In this document: in pieces, positions 9,554 to 18,979 of the stretch
Numbering within the stretch: the stretch's first letter is position 1
How the letters are laid out: the number at the start of each line of letters is the position of its first letter
Virus record (IMG/VR): IMGVR_UViG_3300032303_001959
Span: 1-64,000 of that record
Reading direction: 5' to 3' (one strand)
Length of the DNA stretch: 64,000 bases
Origin: a virus
Lineage: Duplodnaviria > Caudoviricetes
Translations under genes and position numbers: made by a program
The notes under the pieces: generated by a model
The model's input: the letters and a program-made list of their open reading frames with translations, nothing else
What the model was told of the DNA's origin: nothing
The model's database searches: none

Positions 9554-11179
9554 TTATAACTCCGCTGAAAAAGCAATAAATGCTGTAGCTGTGATGGGTA
9601 TGCATAAGCTCTGCGCGGTGCCTACACTCGCACCTGTAGCTGCTGAGCAACCAGCGAACACAAGCCCCGCTCGCGTAGAGGGGCTAGCCATATTTAGTGT
9701 ACTTATTACGTTTGAGAAAGTTCTGAAAAAGAATGTAGTACGTACGTCAGATGATGTAAAAAGGGTTGGAGCTGCTCGCATCTCCACTGGAAAAGTATAA
9801 ACGCCCTCCCATTGAGTTGTAGTATACATGTAACCATTGATTATTGGCATTACTGTCGAGCCCGCAGTCGCTTTGTCCATAAAATAATATCTTCTGCAAA
9901 GATCCAACTCTAACCCAATAGGTCTAACCTCAAAGTCGGTTGCAACTGTACCGGACTCATACTGAACTCCCGTGATTTTAAGATAATCAGATGCTGCTAA
10001 ATTGTTGTTATATGCAAAGTAAATTCCAATAAATCCAGCTGAGTCAGTTGAGGCCCCGGTCCAAGCAGTCGTATTTAGGTATGCGTAATCAGTAGATGTA
10101 ATCTTTGTCCAAACACCAGGTGTTACTGTGTGGAGCTGACTCGTTATGCCACCACCGTTGGGGCCCGCCCAAGAACGAAAAGTGGGCTGCGAAGATTTAA
10201 CCCAATAAGATAAAGTTGCAGGTTTCCCCGCAAAATCATGTATGTTTTGTTGTTCAAGTAGCTGACGCACCCCAATGTCGGACGAATTAAGTGCTGTGGG
10301 GTTGATCTGCAAGGAATACTTAAACTGTGCGTTTGGCACATCGGTCGACTGACTTATCGAAACTGTTCCTCCCCCGGAGTAACGAAAACGATCTGCTGTG
10401 TACACACCATCGCCAATACCTGTAAATGACGTGCCTCTCTGCCAAACACGCATATCGCCGTTAATAATACGGTTTCTAAAACCAACCACCTGAGGAATTG
10501 CATTTGTTGAAGCTGCCGTAACCCTACCCTTTGCATCTACCGTAATACTCGGAATTGATGTAGAACTCCCGTAGCTTCCTGCAGCTACTCCACTTGTAGC
10601 CAACGTGGCCGCACCAGTTACATTTGCAGAACCGTTAAATGAACCAGATGTATATGTTACATCTCCCGTCATAGCAATCGTCCGCCCATTAGCTAAGGCC
10701 GTGGCTGTAGCGGCGTTACCGGTCACGTTACCAGTCACGTTACCAGTCACGTCACCAACGACGTTACCAGTAAGACCGCCCGTAAAGGCGTTAGCTGTTC
10801 CGTTTGTTGCGTTTATTTTGCCGGCTGATATGGTTTGAGCAGTTAATACTCCTGTAAAAGTAGGGGTGTTTGAAAAAGCAATAGTACTGCCTGTGCCTGT
10901 TTTTAATAAAGCCACAAGTTTCTTATCGACATCAACGCCTATAACAGAACTCGCTGTTAAAAAACTAAATATTGGCGAAGCGGATATAGTGTTAAGAGAA
11001 GTATCTCCAGAAACAGAAAGGCTAGCTGTTGAAGTAGCCCCAGAAACAGAAAGGCTAGCTGTTGAAGTAGCCCCAGAAACAGAAAGATTCGTAACCGTAG
11101 CCGCGCCAGGCGCCACACTTCCGAGTGTACCTTCTAGCACTCCATTGGAGGCTTTAATTGTGGTAATTGCTTTACTCAT
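9554..11179 (-). CDS. Tail fibre protein
   Basis: 541 aa, Thr/Gly/Ser-rich with GNVT repeats; C-terminal domain starting [19 protein letters not shown] is typical of aquatic phage fibres. Confidence 0.8.
   Translation of the reverse strand: MSKAITTIKASNGVLEGTLGSVAPGAATVTNLSVSGATSTASLSVSGATSTASLSVSGDTSLNTISASPIFSFLTASSVIGVDVDKKLVALLKTGTGSTIAFSNTPTFTGVLTAQTISAGKINATNGTANAFTGGLTGNVVGDVTGNVTGNVTGNAATATALANGRTIAMTGDVTYTSGSFNGSANVTGAATLATSGVAAGSYGSSTSIPSITVDAKGRVTAASTNAIPQVVGFRNRIINGDMRVWQRGTSFTGIGDGVYTADRFRYSGGGTVSISQSTDVPNAQFKYSLQINPTALNSSDIGVRQLLEQQNIHDFAGKPATLSYWVKSSQPTFRSWAGPNGGGITSQLHTVTPGVWTKITSTDYAYLNTTAWTGASTDSAGFIGIYFAYNNNLAASDYLKITGVQYESGTVATDFEVRPIGLELDLCRRYYFMDKATAGSTVMPIINGYMYTTTQWEGVYTFPVEMRAAPTLFTSSDVRTTFFFRTFSNVISTLNMASPSTRAGLVFAGCSAATGASVGTAQSLCIPITATAFIAFSAEL
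11007..11086. repeat. 33-bp tandem repeat (2.4 copies) in tail fibre ([11 protein letters not shown])
   Basis: ccagaaacagaaaggctagctgttgaagtagcc twice, followed by ccagaaacagaaag. Confidence 0.9.
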
Positions 11180-11475
11180 TGTTGTCCCTCCAGAGCTTCG
11201 ATACGTGCTACCAATGCTTCGTTTTGACTTGTAAGTAGTTCAATTTTTTCGAATAGGCTAGTGTCTGTGGGGGCGACACTTAGCGTTGGAGTTTCAATAA
11301 CTCCTGTACCATTCGCTTCAATCTTAAGAAAGGGGCTGTAAGCACCGTCGTACACAAAAGCCTCTGGGTATTCGCCTTTGAATTCTCGCACATGAGCCTC
11401 AGCTTCTTCGCGAGTTTCAAACACGCTGTAAAGTGACGGACTTTTATCAATGAGTTTAAGTATTGAGATGTACAT
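11176..11475 (-). CDS. Small fibre-associated/chaperone-like protein with C-terminal coiled coil
   Basis: Lies between two fibre genes; ends LTSQNEALVARIEALE; start re-called at 11475. Confidence 0.45.
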   Translation of the reverse strand: MYISILKLIDKSPSLYSVFETREEAEAHVREFKGEYPEAFVYDGAYSPFLKIEANGTGVIETPTLSVAPTDTSLFEKIELLTSQNEALVARIEALEGQQ

Positions 11476-11480
11476 AATAT

Positions 11481-14400
11481 TTAGTAGATGCAATAAACAG
11501 ATCCTGCGTCGAATAATCCAGTAGCCACTTCCACTTTTACTTTTGTCAAAGGACCAGTGAAGCTAACTCCAGAATTACATCCGCCTCCTCTACCTCCTAA
11601 TGTATCCTGTGCGGTGCCTTGAATATGCCAATAATTGCTAGATACCTTTGTTATCACATACTTGCCGTAATACGAGTACGTCTGAACAGAGTTGGCGTCA
11701 AAAAGAAACGCGGCGTTTGTGTGTTCGCTAGCGCTTATACCAGCATTTGAATGATAAATTGTTCCACCAAAATAAGCTCCTGCTCCGACATAACCAGAAG
11801 CTGTGCCAAGTTGGATATACGGTACGTCCGTGTTACTCATGCTTAAGCCCACCAGAATAATTTTCAACTCTTCTGCGTCGGAAGGAATGCCAGTAAATTC
11901 TATTGTTCTTGTCGTTGAGGCTGGAGTAAAACCGGGATACACAGTCGAACGAATAACTTTTGTTCCAACTGTCATAGTTCCAGATACTTTGGCGTTGCCG
12001 TCGACGTCCAACTTTTCCGTCGGATCACTTTTCCCGATCCCAACATTGCCGCTACTTTTTAGTACAAATTGAGAGGCTGGAGCGCTTGCATGGCGCAAGT
12101 TTATTGAGTCTGGCCCAGTGGTGTCGTGATACAAATATCCTTTTACAACTGTACCATTATTAATCTCCAATGCTGGATCAGTATTTGCGGTTATCCTAAT
12201 CCTGCCACTAACCTCAAGTTTGGTGGATGGACTCTGCGCCCCAACCCCAAGGTTTCCGTTTGCGAGTATTGTTGCGGCTACAGAGTTATTAGCATAAAGA
12301 TTTACCGGGTGATTTGTTTGCGACCCAATCGCTATTGATGTGTCGGCACTGTTAAAGAATATGCCAGTCATCGTGCCGTTTGTGACTCTTAATCCAGAGT
12401 TTGCAGTAGCGAGTACATCAAGTTTTGTGCCAGGAATCGTCGTCCCAATCCCAACATTTCCACTCGAATCAATCCGCAGACGTTCGGACGCCCCTACATT
12501 AAATGAAGTAAATGCTGCTGCGTTTGTATCGTTATTATTTATTGCAAATTGCCCATTCTTGTATTTAACAATATCCACTGATGTGTTCCCAGATTCAGCA
12601 ACATTTGATGTAACCAATCTTAGAATTGATCCAGCATTTGCACCAGTATTACCATTTGAAACATCAAGATAGCGAAGCGTGTTAACAGATTCGGTTCCTA
12701 TATTGACATTACCACTTGAATCAATTCGCATCTTTTCCGTAATTGGGCTTGTTGTAGATGTATTTGCCCTGTTTGCAAAAATAATGTCGTATGCTCCATT
12801 GGCAGTGTTTTTTGCACCAATTTTAGCTCCAACATTATAGGTGCTTTCTTGAAATGCTATTGCTTGCTCAGAGAAAGCTGACCCAGGAGCGGCAGTTAAT
12901 TTAATAAAGTCTGTTCCTCCAGCCCAAGTTGCGTTCGCAATTGTTGAGGCCGATTTGATATGAAGTGGGTTTGCTGGGTTGGTTTCCCCAATCCCAACAT
13001 TGCCACTTGAATCAATATTCATTCTAGTTGCATAAGCACTAGCTGAATCCCTAATAAATAATTTTGATTTTATGTCTAAGTATGTATTTGAAGCAGAAAA
13101 GTCACAACTTAATCCAGCCCCTGCTGTTCCATTTGATAATAACAATCCAGTAGTTCCAGCAGCTGTAGTTTTATTTACAATGTTCCCACCACTTACATCT
13201 AGTTTCCCAGTAGGACTCGTAGTTCCAACCCCAACATTGCCAGAAGAATCAATCCGCATTTTCTCTGTATTGAGTGTCGAGAATGTTAATGGATGGTCGG
13301 TAACTGTGCGGAGATTACCTTCTGAGTTTCCGTTTGCGTTAAGGTGGACTTGGACACCAGACGTATTGGTTAAGCTTAAAGCGTTATAGTCAGAAGCAGT
13401 CTGATTGATGCTTACGTTTTTGCTAAAAGTTGTCGCGCCTGCGCTATTAACGAGAACTCGCGGAGTCCCATTTGTAGTTAAGGCCAACGTGTCTGCTGCT
13501 GGAAAATAGATGCCTGTATTTTCGTCGCCAAAAGTCGTGATGGAAGGAGCTGTGGCGGTACCTGATTGAAACTTTAAAGTGCCCGCGAGTGTATCGGCTG
13601 CAGTGAAGCCAACAATTTCAAGAGTGTCTCCGGCTGTCGCTGGGGTGACAAGAGTGAAAGACGTACCATTGGAAACGTCCACATCTGTGCCGGTAACCAG
13701 TTTGGTCCCGTTTTGAAATACATCTAGCTGGTTTGGCGTGTAACCTCCAGCAACAGTGAAAAGGGTTTGCGCAGCAGTAGCTGTAAAAGACAACCTTTTT
13801 GGAATAGCTGGACTAGAAAAATATCCGCTGGCCAGACCGACTACGTCAATAATATCGCCAACAGAAGCTCCGGCCGACAAAACCACAGATGATCCACTGG
13901 TTACCGTTACAGTGGAACCGTTGACCAATTTAATACCATTCTTAAAGACATCGATTTTTCCAGGAGTGTATCCGCCGGTAACCGTAAAAGTCGTCTGGCC
14001 GGCCGTAGCCGTAAACGTCTGCCTTACGTACGAGGTTGCGCTTGAGCCACTACTTCCACCTGAAGTTGTCCCTCCAATACCTCCCCATACAAGCCCGTTA
14101 TACCCCTCAAACTCGTTTGTAGTTGTATTAAACCGAAGCTGACCACCTGCGGGCGCCGGTCTTTCAGCGGTCGTGCCAGCCGGGATTTTAAATGCGGAGG
14201 ATGAATTAAATTGAGCATAGCCGTTTGCATTGAAAGCCCCGGAAACAGTTAGATTTTCAATCAAGCTGTTTCCTGTTTGAGATCCGTTGTTTACGGGAAC
14301 GCCGCCACCGCTAGTTGCCCAGGCCGTGGCACCTCGAACTTTCATGCCGGGCATGGTCGTCGAGTAATACATATCCCCTACCTGAAGTGGAGATCCGTCA

Positions 14401-14717
14401 ACCCTTACGGTCGGGTCGGTGTCGCTTGTTCCAAGAAAAGTAGTGTAGTACCTATTTATCTCTCCCAACTTTGAGTTTACGGTCTCAATGGTAGACAAGT
14501 TATTGTTTAAATTTAGTAGGTTTGCTTTGCTTGAGGCCAGACTATTAATCGCATCAATGCTCTCAGCGTCCGCAACAACGCTGTCCATATTGTTAGAAAC
14601 AATATCAATAGCCGAAAGGTTTCCAGCTACGACCGTAATATCACCGCTGTCAACAGGCGCAGTTCCGCCAATCGCAGAATCTCCAATTACTGTTACTGGT
14701 GTAATTGTCTCGCTCAT
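11481..14717 (-). CDS. Long tail fibre protein
   Basis: 1078 aa; repeated (E/T)KMRIDSSGNVGIG shaft units and two QTxFTVxGGYTP..DVFxNGxKLV domains. Confidence 0.85.
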   Translation of the reverse strand: MSETITPVTVIGDSAIGGTAPVDSGDITVVAGNLSAIDIVSNNMDSVVADAESIDAINSLASSKANLLNLNNNLSTIETVNSKLGEINRYYTTFLGTSDTDPTVRVDGSPLQVGDMYYSTTMPGMKVRGATAWATSGGGVPVNNGSQTGNSLIENLTVSGAFNANGYAQFNSSSAFKIPAGTTAERPAPAGGQLRFNTTTNEFEGYNGLVWGGIGGTTSGGSSGSSATSYVRQTFTATAGQTTFTVTGGYTPGKIDVFKNGIKLVNGSTVTVTSGSSVVLSAGASVGDIIDVVGLASGYFSSPAIPKRLSFTATAAQTLFTVAGGYTPNQLDVFQNGTKLVTGTDVDVSNGTSFTLVTPATAGDTLEIVGFTAADTLAGTLKFQSGTATAPSITTFGDENTGIYFPAADTLALTTNGTPRVLVNSAGATTFSKNVSINQTASDYNALSLTNTSGVQVHLNANGNSEGNLRTVTDHPLTFSTLNTEKMRIDSSGNVGVGTTSPTGKLDVSGGNIVNKTTAAGTTGLLLSNGTAGAGLSCDFSASNTYLDIKSKLFIRDSASAYATRMNIDSSGNVGIGETNPANPLHIKSASTIANATWAGGTDFIKLTAAPGSAFSEQAIAFQESTYNVGAKIGAKNTANGAYDIIFANRANTSTTSPITEKMRIDSSGNVNIGTESVNTLRYLDVSNGNTGANAGSILRLVTSNVAESGNTSVDIVKYKNGQFAINNNDTNAAAFTSFNVGASERLRIDSSGNVGIGTTIPGTKLDVLATANSGLRVTNGTMTGIFFNSADTSIAIGSQTNHPVNLYANNSVAATILANGNLGVGAQSPSTKLEVSGRIRITANTDPALEINNGTVVKGYLYHDTTGPDSINLRHASAPASQFVLKSSGNVGIGKSDPTEKLDVDGNAKVSGTMTVGTKVIRSTVYPGFTPASTTRTIEFTGIPSDAEELKIILVGLSMSNTDVPYIQLGTASGYVGAGAYFGGTIYHSNAGISASEHTNAAFLFDANSVQTYSYYGKYVITKVSSNYWHIQGTAQDTLGGRGGGCNSGVSFTGPLTKVKVEVATGLFDAGSVYCIY

Positions 14718-16438
14718 ATCATCGGCATAACGCCGCCAAGGGCGAAGTTCTGAGCTTGAATGCGAATTGAGTGTTGTTCCCCTGTCTTGGACTCCCGCAG
14801 CTCGTCACGCAAAAGGAGTAAAGCTTTTTGTTCGTGCATTGCAGATTGCTCCGCATTGCTCGTAATTGTCAGGGCCGCCAAAGCCATGTTGAAAATAGCT
14901 GGGTAGTTTTTGATGCTCATCACATCGCTGTCTTGAGTTTTGTAGACCGGTCGCTTCTTGACCAGGAGGCGGACATAAGAGCTGCTAGCCCAGTTTCCAC
15001 GAACAAAGTAAGCGCGGTATTGAACGTTATCGATTCGAGTCTCTCCTCTTGCAACCATACAAGGCGATGCTGTCAGGTTGGAAGTGTTGTTGGAGTCGAT
15101 ATCAACCTGTTGGTATCCAGGGCCATTCTCCTTAAAGTCGTAGAACTCGTCGTATACCGGGATTGGAGATCCGTTAAAAGTAGCGCCAAGAATGGCTTCT
15201 ACATCATTTGGTACGTAAACAAGCCCGTCCGACTGGTCAATTGTAAGGGTGTAGCTTTTAATAGTTCCCACAAAAGTACCCATCCGCATGCACTGTTCTT
15301 CACTTTGATTTATAAAGCGGGTTAACTCTGAATCAGAAAGGCGTAGTCCATTTGGCGCTTCAAGCGCAAACCGAGCCTTCATGTAACCAAGCGTTCCAGG
15401 AATGGCTGTTGATAATGCCGCTGTATAGGTTCCGTGCCGTTTGGATTCCAACTCTACATTAAGCTCCTCTTCCAACATCTTAATCGCTTCGGCCTCAAAC
15501 TTGGAGGCTTGCTCCAGGTTGAGTTGAGCATTTTTAGTTGATAGTGAAAGGGCTGTAAGAGCCAGTACCGCGAGCTTCACGATCTGATAATTCGAAACAG
15601 AAAGCACGGCCGTATCCGAAACAATGTAACTGTAGGTCGGAAGCGTCAGGCCGTCCTTTACTCCGTATCGCAAAGCGGACAACAGAAGACGTTTTTTTGT
15701 AATCAACAAATCTTGAGCTTTATTTACCAAATCAAATAGCTTGGCGTCTTCGAGCTTAATACCAAACTCCAGATCTAACCCAAGTTTAGCACGAACATAC
15801 CCCATCGTGCCTACAGGATGAGTGGAAAGTTTGGATTGGTATACTAGCCGGCGAGCTTCTTCAACCGACATATCGGTCTTGTAGGCCATATGTTCCACAG
15901 CCTTGGCTTGAAGGCTAGTCGCCATATCAACTTGATTGTTTTCTTCCCGCCAGAGGGCAAGAACCATCAACTTTAAAGCTTCAAGATCGGCAATAATCAA
16001 CTCGTCGGAGTCATTCTGCACCTCCACCATCTTTTTCTTGCCGGTAACGACAACACTCGTGGGGACCGGACTTACCGAGGAATCAATCTTAAACTGAATG
16101 ACATTTGCGGTTGAGCCAATTGGTACAAAGTTAAGGGGAACTAGATCCCCGTCGTCATGAATGAAAACGTACGCGTTGTCGCAAAGCAATACATTGCCCG
16201 AAGCCAAAGTCGTGTTGTTATTTTTTGCTACACGAACAATAGACTCCAACTGGGAGGGCAAAGTAAAAACGCCAGATATCACGTCGACCTTATACTTGGC
16301 AACCGCCCCCACCCAGGCTCGAATCGCGTGAAGCCGGCGTTGGGCCTGGTTAACACGCTGAATTACCCGGGCATCCGTAGAAGGAACCCCGTTGTCAACG
16401 ACGCGTGCGATTTCCGATCTTATTTCGCCCAGAGTCAT
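14714..16438 (-). CDS. Head-tail adaptor / tail tubular protein A-like, with three internal repeats
   Basis: Start re-called at ATG 16438 (TAATG overlap with upstream stop); MTLGEIRSEIARVVD...VIQRVNQAQRRL is an adaptor-like N-terminus. Confidence 0.6.
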   Translation of the reverse strand: MTLGEIRSEIARVVDNGVPSTDARVIQRVNQAQRRLHAIRAWVGAVAKYKVDVISGVFTLPSQLESIVRVAKNNNTTLASGNVLLCDNAYVFIHDDGDLVPLNFVPIGSTANVIQFKIDSSVSPVPTSVVVTGKKKMVEVQNDSDELIIADLEALKLMVLALWREENNQVDMATSLQAKAVEHMAYKTDMSVEEARRLVYQSKLSTHPVGTMGYVRAKLGLDLEFGIKLEDAKLFDLVNKAQDLLITKKRLLLSALRYGVKDGLTLPTYSYIVSDTAVLSVSNYQIVKLAVLALTALSLSTKNAQLNLEQASKFEAEAIKMLEEELNVELESKRHGTYTAALSTAIPGTLGYMKARFALEAPNGLRLSDSELTRFINQSEEQCMRMGTFVGTIKSYTLTIDQSDGLVYVPNDVEAILGATFNGSPIPVYDEFYDFKENGPGYQQVDIDSNNTSNLTASPCMVARGETRIDNVQYRAYFVRGNWASSSYVRLLVKKRPVYKTQDSDVMSIKNYPAIFNMALAALTITSNAEQSAMHEQKALLLLRDELRESKTGEQHSIRIQAQNFALGGVMPMI

Positions 16439-17442
16439 TATGAAGCCATGTTCACCCAATAACTGCCGTTCGAAACAAGCGTACACCAGCTTCCGTCAGT
16501 GTTTGATAGGATCACGTTTGTTGCGGTCATGCTTGTCTTGGGTAACACGTTGTTTGAGTTGGAGTTTACTGCTCGGTTTTGAACTGTCTTAATTGTGATC
16601 TCGCGACCAACCCAATCCGCGGCTGTCGGCAAAGTAACCGTGCAAGTAGAAGCCATATTAACAATGATCCAGTTTTCTGTTGCCCCAACAGTAAAGTTGG
16701 CTGTCTTTTCAACGGGCGCTCCTCGGCTTAATGAACCCACTGTTACCTTTGAGGAAGCGGCAATGGACGATACGGTCATAGCACCGGAAGAATTAATTGT
16801 TGCTCCGGTCAAAGTTAGAGACCCTGCTGTTACTGTGCCGGTTGTAGAAATGGAGCCACCGCTTACCGCCCCAGTAAGAGTTAAACTGGTGCCTGTCAAA
16901 GCCCCGCCACTGGTAATGCCGCCCGAACAAGTGATCGATCCTGCGGTTAAGACAAGGTTTCCGCTGCTAACTGTTATGCCAGCGGTGGTTGTTACGGCCC
17001 CAGTAATGGCTAATGTGCCAGCAGTTGCCGCAATTGCAGGGGTTATAACAGAAGTTGTCGCTTTAGCAGACCCAACAACATGAAGAGTTGTGTCTGGTAT
17101 GACTGTGCCTATGCCAACTCGGTTTGCGTATGTTCCCGTGTTGTCAATCGATAAAGCTGTAGCCAGCAATCGAATATTGCCCCCGGTAACCGAGAGACCC
17201 CCACTAAAAGCGCTACCAACGCTAATTGAAGTCCAACCTCCGGAAAGGTAGATCTTAAGTAAGGGGTTGGCGCCAGAGGTATCGATCCAAATCTTAGTTT
17301 GATCGTTTGGAGCGGAAGGACTCAGCACAAAAATGCTAGCTTCCGAAGCGGGAACAGAAAGATTTTCGGCGAACAAAGCCAACAACTCTTGCGGGGTTGC
17401 ATACTTTGTACCGGCTGGAAGTGTTGATGCTAATAGAGCCAT
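16438..17442 (-). CDS. Short tail fibre/spike protein
   Basis: 334 aa, Thr/Gly-rich beta repeats, RVGIGTVIPDTTLHVVG motif. Confidence 0.65.
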   Translation of the reverse strand: MALLASTLPAGTKYATPQELLALFAENLSVPASEASIFVLSPSAPNDQTKIWIDTSGANPLLKIYLSGGWTSISVGSAFSGGLSVTGGNIRLLATALSIDNTGTYANRVGIGTVIPDTTLHVVGSAKATTSVITPAIAATAGTLAITGAVTTTAGITVSSGNLVLTAGSITCSGGITSGGALTGTSLTLTGAVSGGSISTTGTVTAGSLTLTGATINSSGAMTVSSIAASSKVTVGSLSRGAPVEKTANFTVGATENWIIVNMASTCTVTLPTAADWVGREITIKTVQNRAVNSNSNNVLPKTSMTATNVILSNTDGSWCTLVSNGSYWVNMAS

Positions 17443-17445
17443 AAT

Positions 17446-18138
17446 TTAACTTTGACCTCCTAAGAGTGGGTTTCCTGTAAGTGTTAAAATGTTACCTTGA
17501 GTTACAACGGCTTTTGCGGGCGCTCGTCCAGAGCCGCCTGCTTGGCCTAAATCTCCTCCGTTCCAGCCAATACTAGCTCCACCAAACAGATAAGAGCTTG
17601 GCCACTGTGAACGAGTATAATTGTAACGTCCTTGAAAACTATATCCGGGATTGATGCCTGCCCCACCTCCGCCGTCACCCAAAGCGTTGTTGTCTCTATT
17701 TTGTGTAATAGCGAGACCGCCCGTGCCTCCAGACCCAATAACACCAGAATTAGCAATAGTAAGGGGGTAGCTTAATAAAATAGCTGGGCCACCTAGATTA
17801 GTAGTCGCCCCATAGCTGTCGCAACAACCCGTGCTGACAGTAGCGCCACCCATACCGGCAATAACTCCGTTAGCTGGATTTTTTGCATCGCCCCCACTTA
17901 TAGCAGGGAGAATAAGCTTGATATTTGACCCAGCAGGCCAAGTACCGGTCTGCAAAGCATAAGTCGAGGTACTGGTGCTTCCAATATTTCCAAGGACGGT
18001 AAACTCTACCGACGCACCAGTGTTTACATAGGGATATTCAGCAGTAAATAGATCCCAAAGAACTAAGTTATAAGAATTAGTGTTGGCAGCCCCAATATTC
18101 AGCTTAAATGTCGCGCTGTCGACGATGCTAACCATCAT
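17446..18138 (-). CDS. Gly-rich tail tip/fibre protein
   Basis: Gly-rich C-terminal region; start re-called at ATG 18138 just after the upstream stop. Confidence 0.5.
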   Translation of the reverse strand: MMVSIVDSATFKLNIGAANTNSYNLVLWDLFTAEYPYVNTGASVEFTVLGNIGSTSTSTYALQTGTWPAGSNIKLILPAISGGDAKNPANGVIAGMGGATVSTGCCDSYGATTNLGGPAILLSYPLTIANSGVIGSGGTGGLAITQNRDNNALGDGGGGAGINPGYSFQGRYNYTRSQWPSSYLFGGASIGWNGGDLGQAGGSGRAPAKAVVTQGNILTLTGNPLLGGQS

Positions 18139-18142
18139 GGCG

Positions 18143-18745
18143 TTAGCTCGTGTACCCAAATGAGATTGTTGCGTTCGAAACGCTTCCCGAAAGAGCGGAA
18201 AAAGTTGCTGTAACACTTGTGCCGGCCGCAATCACTGTACCGTTTGCAAGGGCTGGGGATAATGTAATTGTAGCCGAGCCCGAGCCAAAAGTAGCCGTGA
18301 CGGCGGTGTTGACGGTCATAGCGTGAGTAGCTTTAAAAAGAACGACAGTTTGACCTGTATAAGGTTGAAATACGTTTGCACTTACCTGCTGACGAAGGCT
18401 CGTAGTGCCGGCCGCAGTAAGAAGACCTTTTTCGTTAACCGTGAAAGTAGGAATTGCGCTGTTGGAGCCATATGCTCCAGCAACTAAAGTTGAGCGGGTT
18501 TCAAGATTTTCCGGAAGAACTGTGCCAAGCGCAATCTTAGCTCCAATTATATTTCTATCCGCAATTTTGTCTGTGATAACAGACGAAGTTGCAAGCTGTT
18601 GAGAGGAGACAGAACCGCTGACAAGAATATTGCCTCGAAGCTCGGAAAGTGCGATAGCCTTGGTGACGGAAGAGTTTACAACTGGAAATACATCCGTGCT
18701 GCTTAAGGTTCCTGAAAAGGGTGTAAGGTCGCTTATTTTAGGCAT
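18143..18745 (-). CDS. Structural (fibre-type) protein
   Basis: MPKISDL start; AGAYGSNSAIPTFTVNEKGLLTAA resembles [24 protein letters not shown] in the 9554-11179 fibre. Confidence 0.6.
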   Translation of the reverse strand: MPKISDLTPFSGTLSSTDVFPVVNSSVTKAIALSELRGNILVSGSVSSQQLATSSVITDKIADRNIIGAKIALGTVLPENLETRSTLVAGAYGSNSAIPTFTVNEKGLLTAAGTTSLRQQVSANVFQPYTGQTVVLFKATHAMTVNTAVTATFGSGSATITLSPALANGTVIAAGTSVTATFSALSGSVSNATISFGYTS

Positions 18746-18778
18746 AACGGAATCTCCTATTCTGGGCTATTGGCATAT

Positions 18779-18979
18779 CTATGTCAATAATGAAGCATCG
18801 CTTTGGTCCGTAATGGGTTCGCCAAACAATGTGGAGCCCCCAGAAACGGTTAGCGTGCCAGGCTCAGTTAAAAGCTCTTGGGATATAACTGATCCGCAAA
18901 CTTCTGAATAATGAAGAAACAAAGAAGCTTCAACAGCGTCTAGTTGCTGCCATTGAGTTTTGCTAAGTTCTGTGCTCAT
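18779..18979 (-). CDS. Small hypothetical protein
   Basis: ATG at 18979 overlaps the upstream TAA; 66 aa. Confidence 0.5.
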   Translation of the reverse strand: MSTELSKTQWQQLDAVEASLFLHYSEVCGSVISQELLTEPGTLTVSGGSTLFGEPITDQSDASLLT

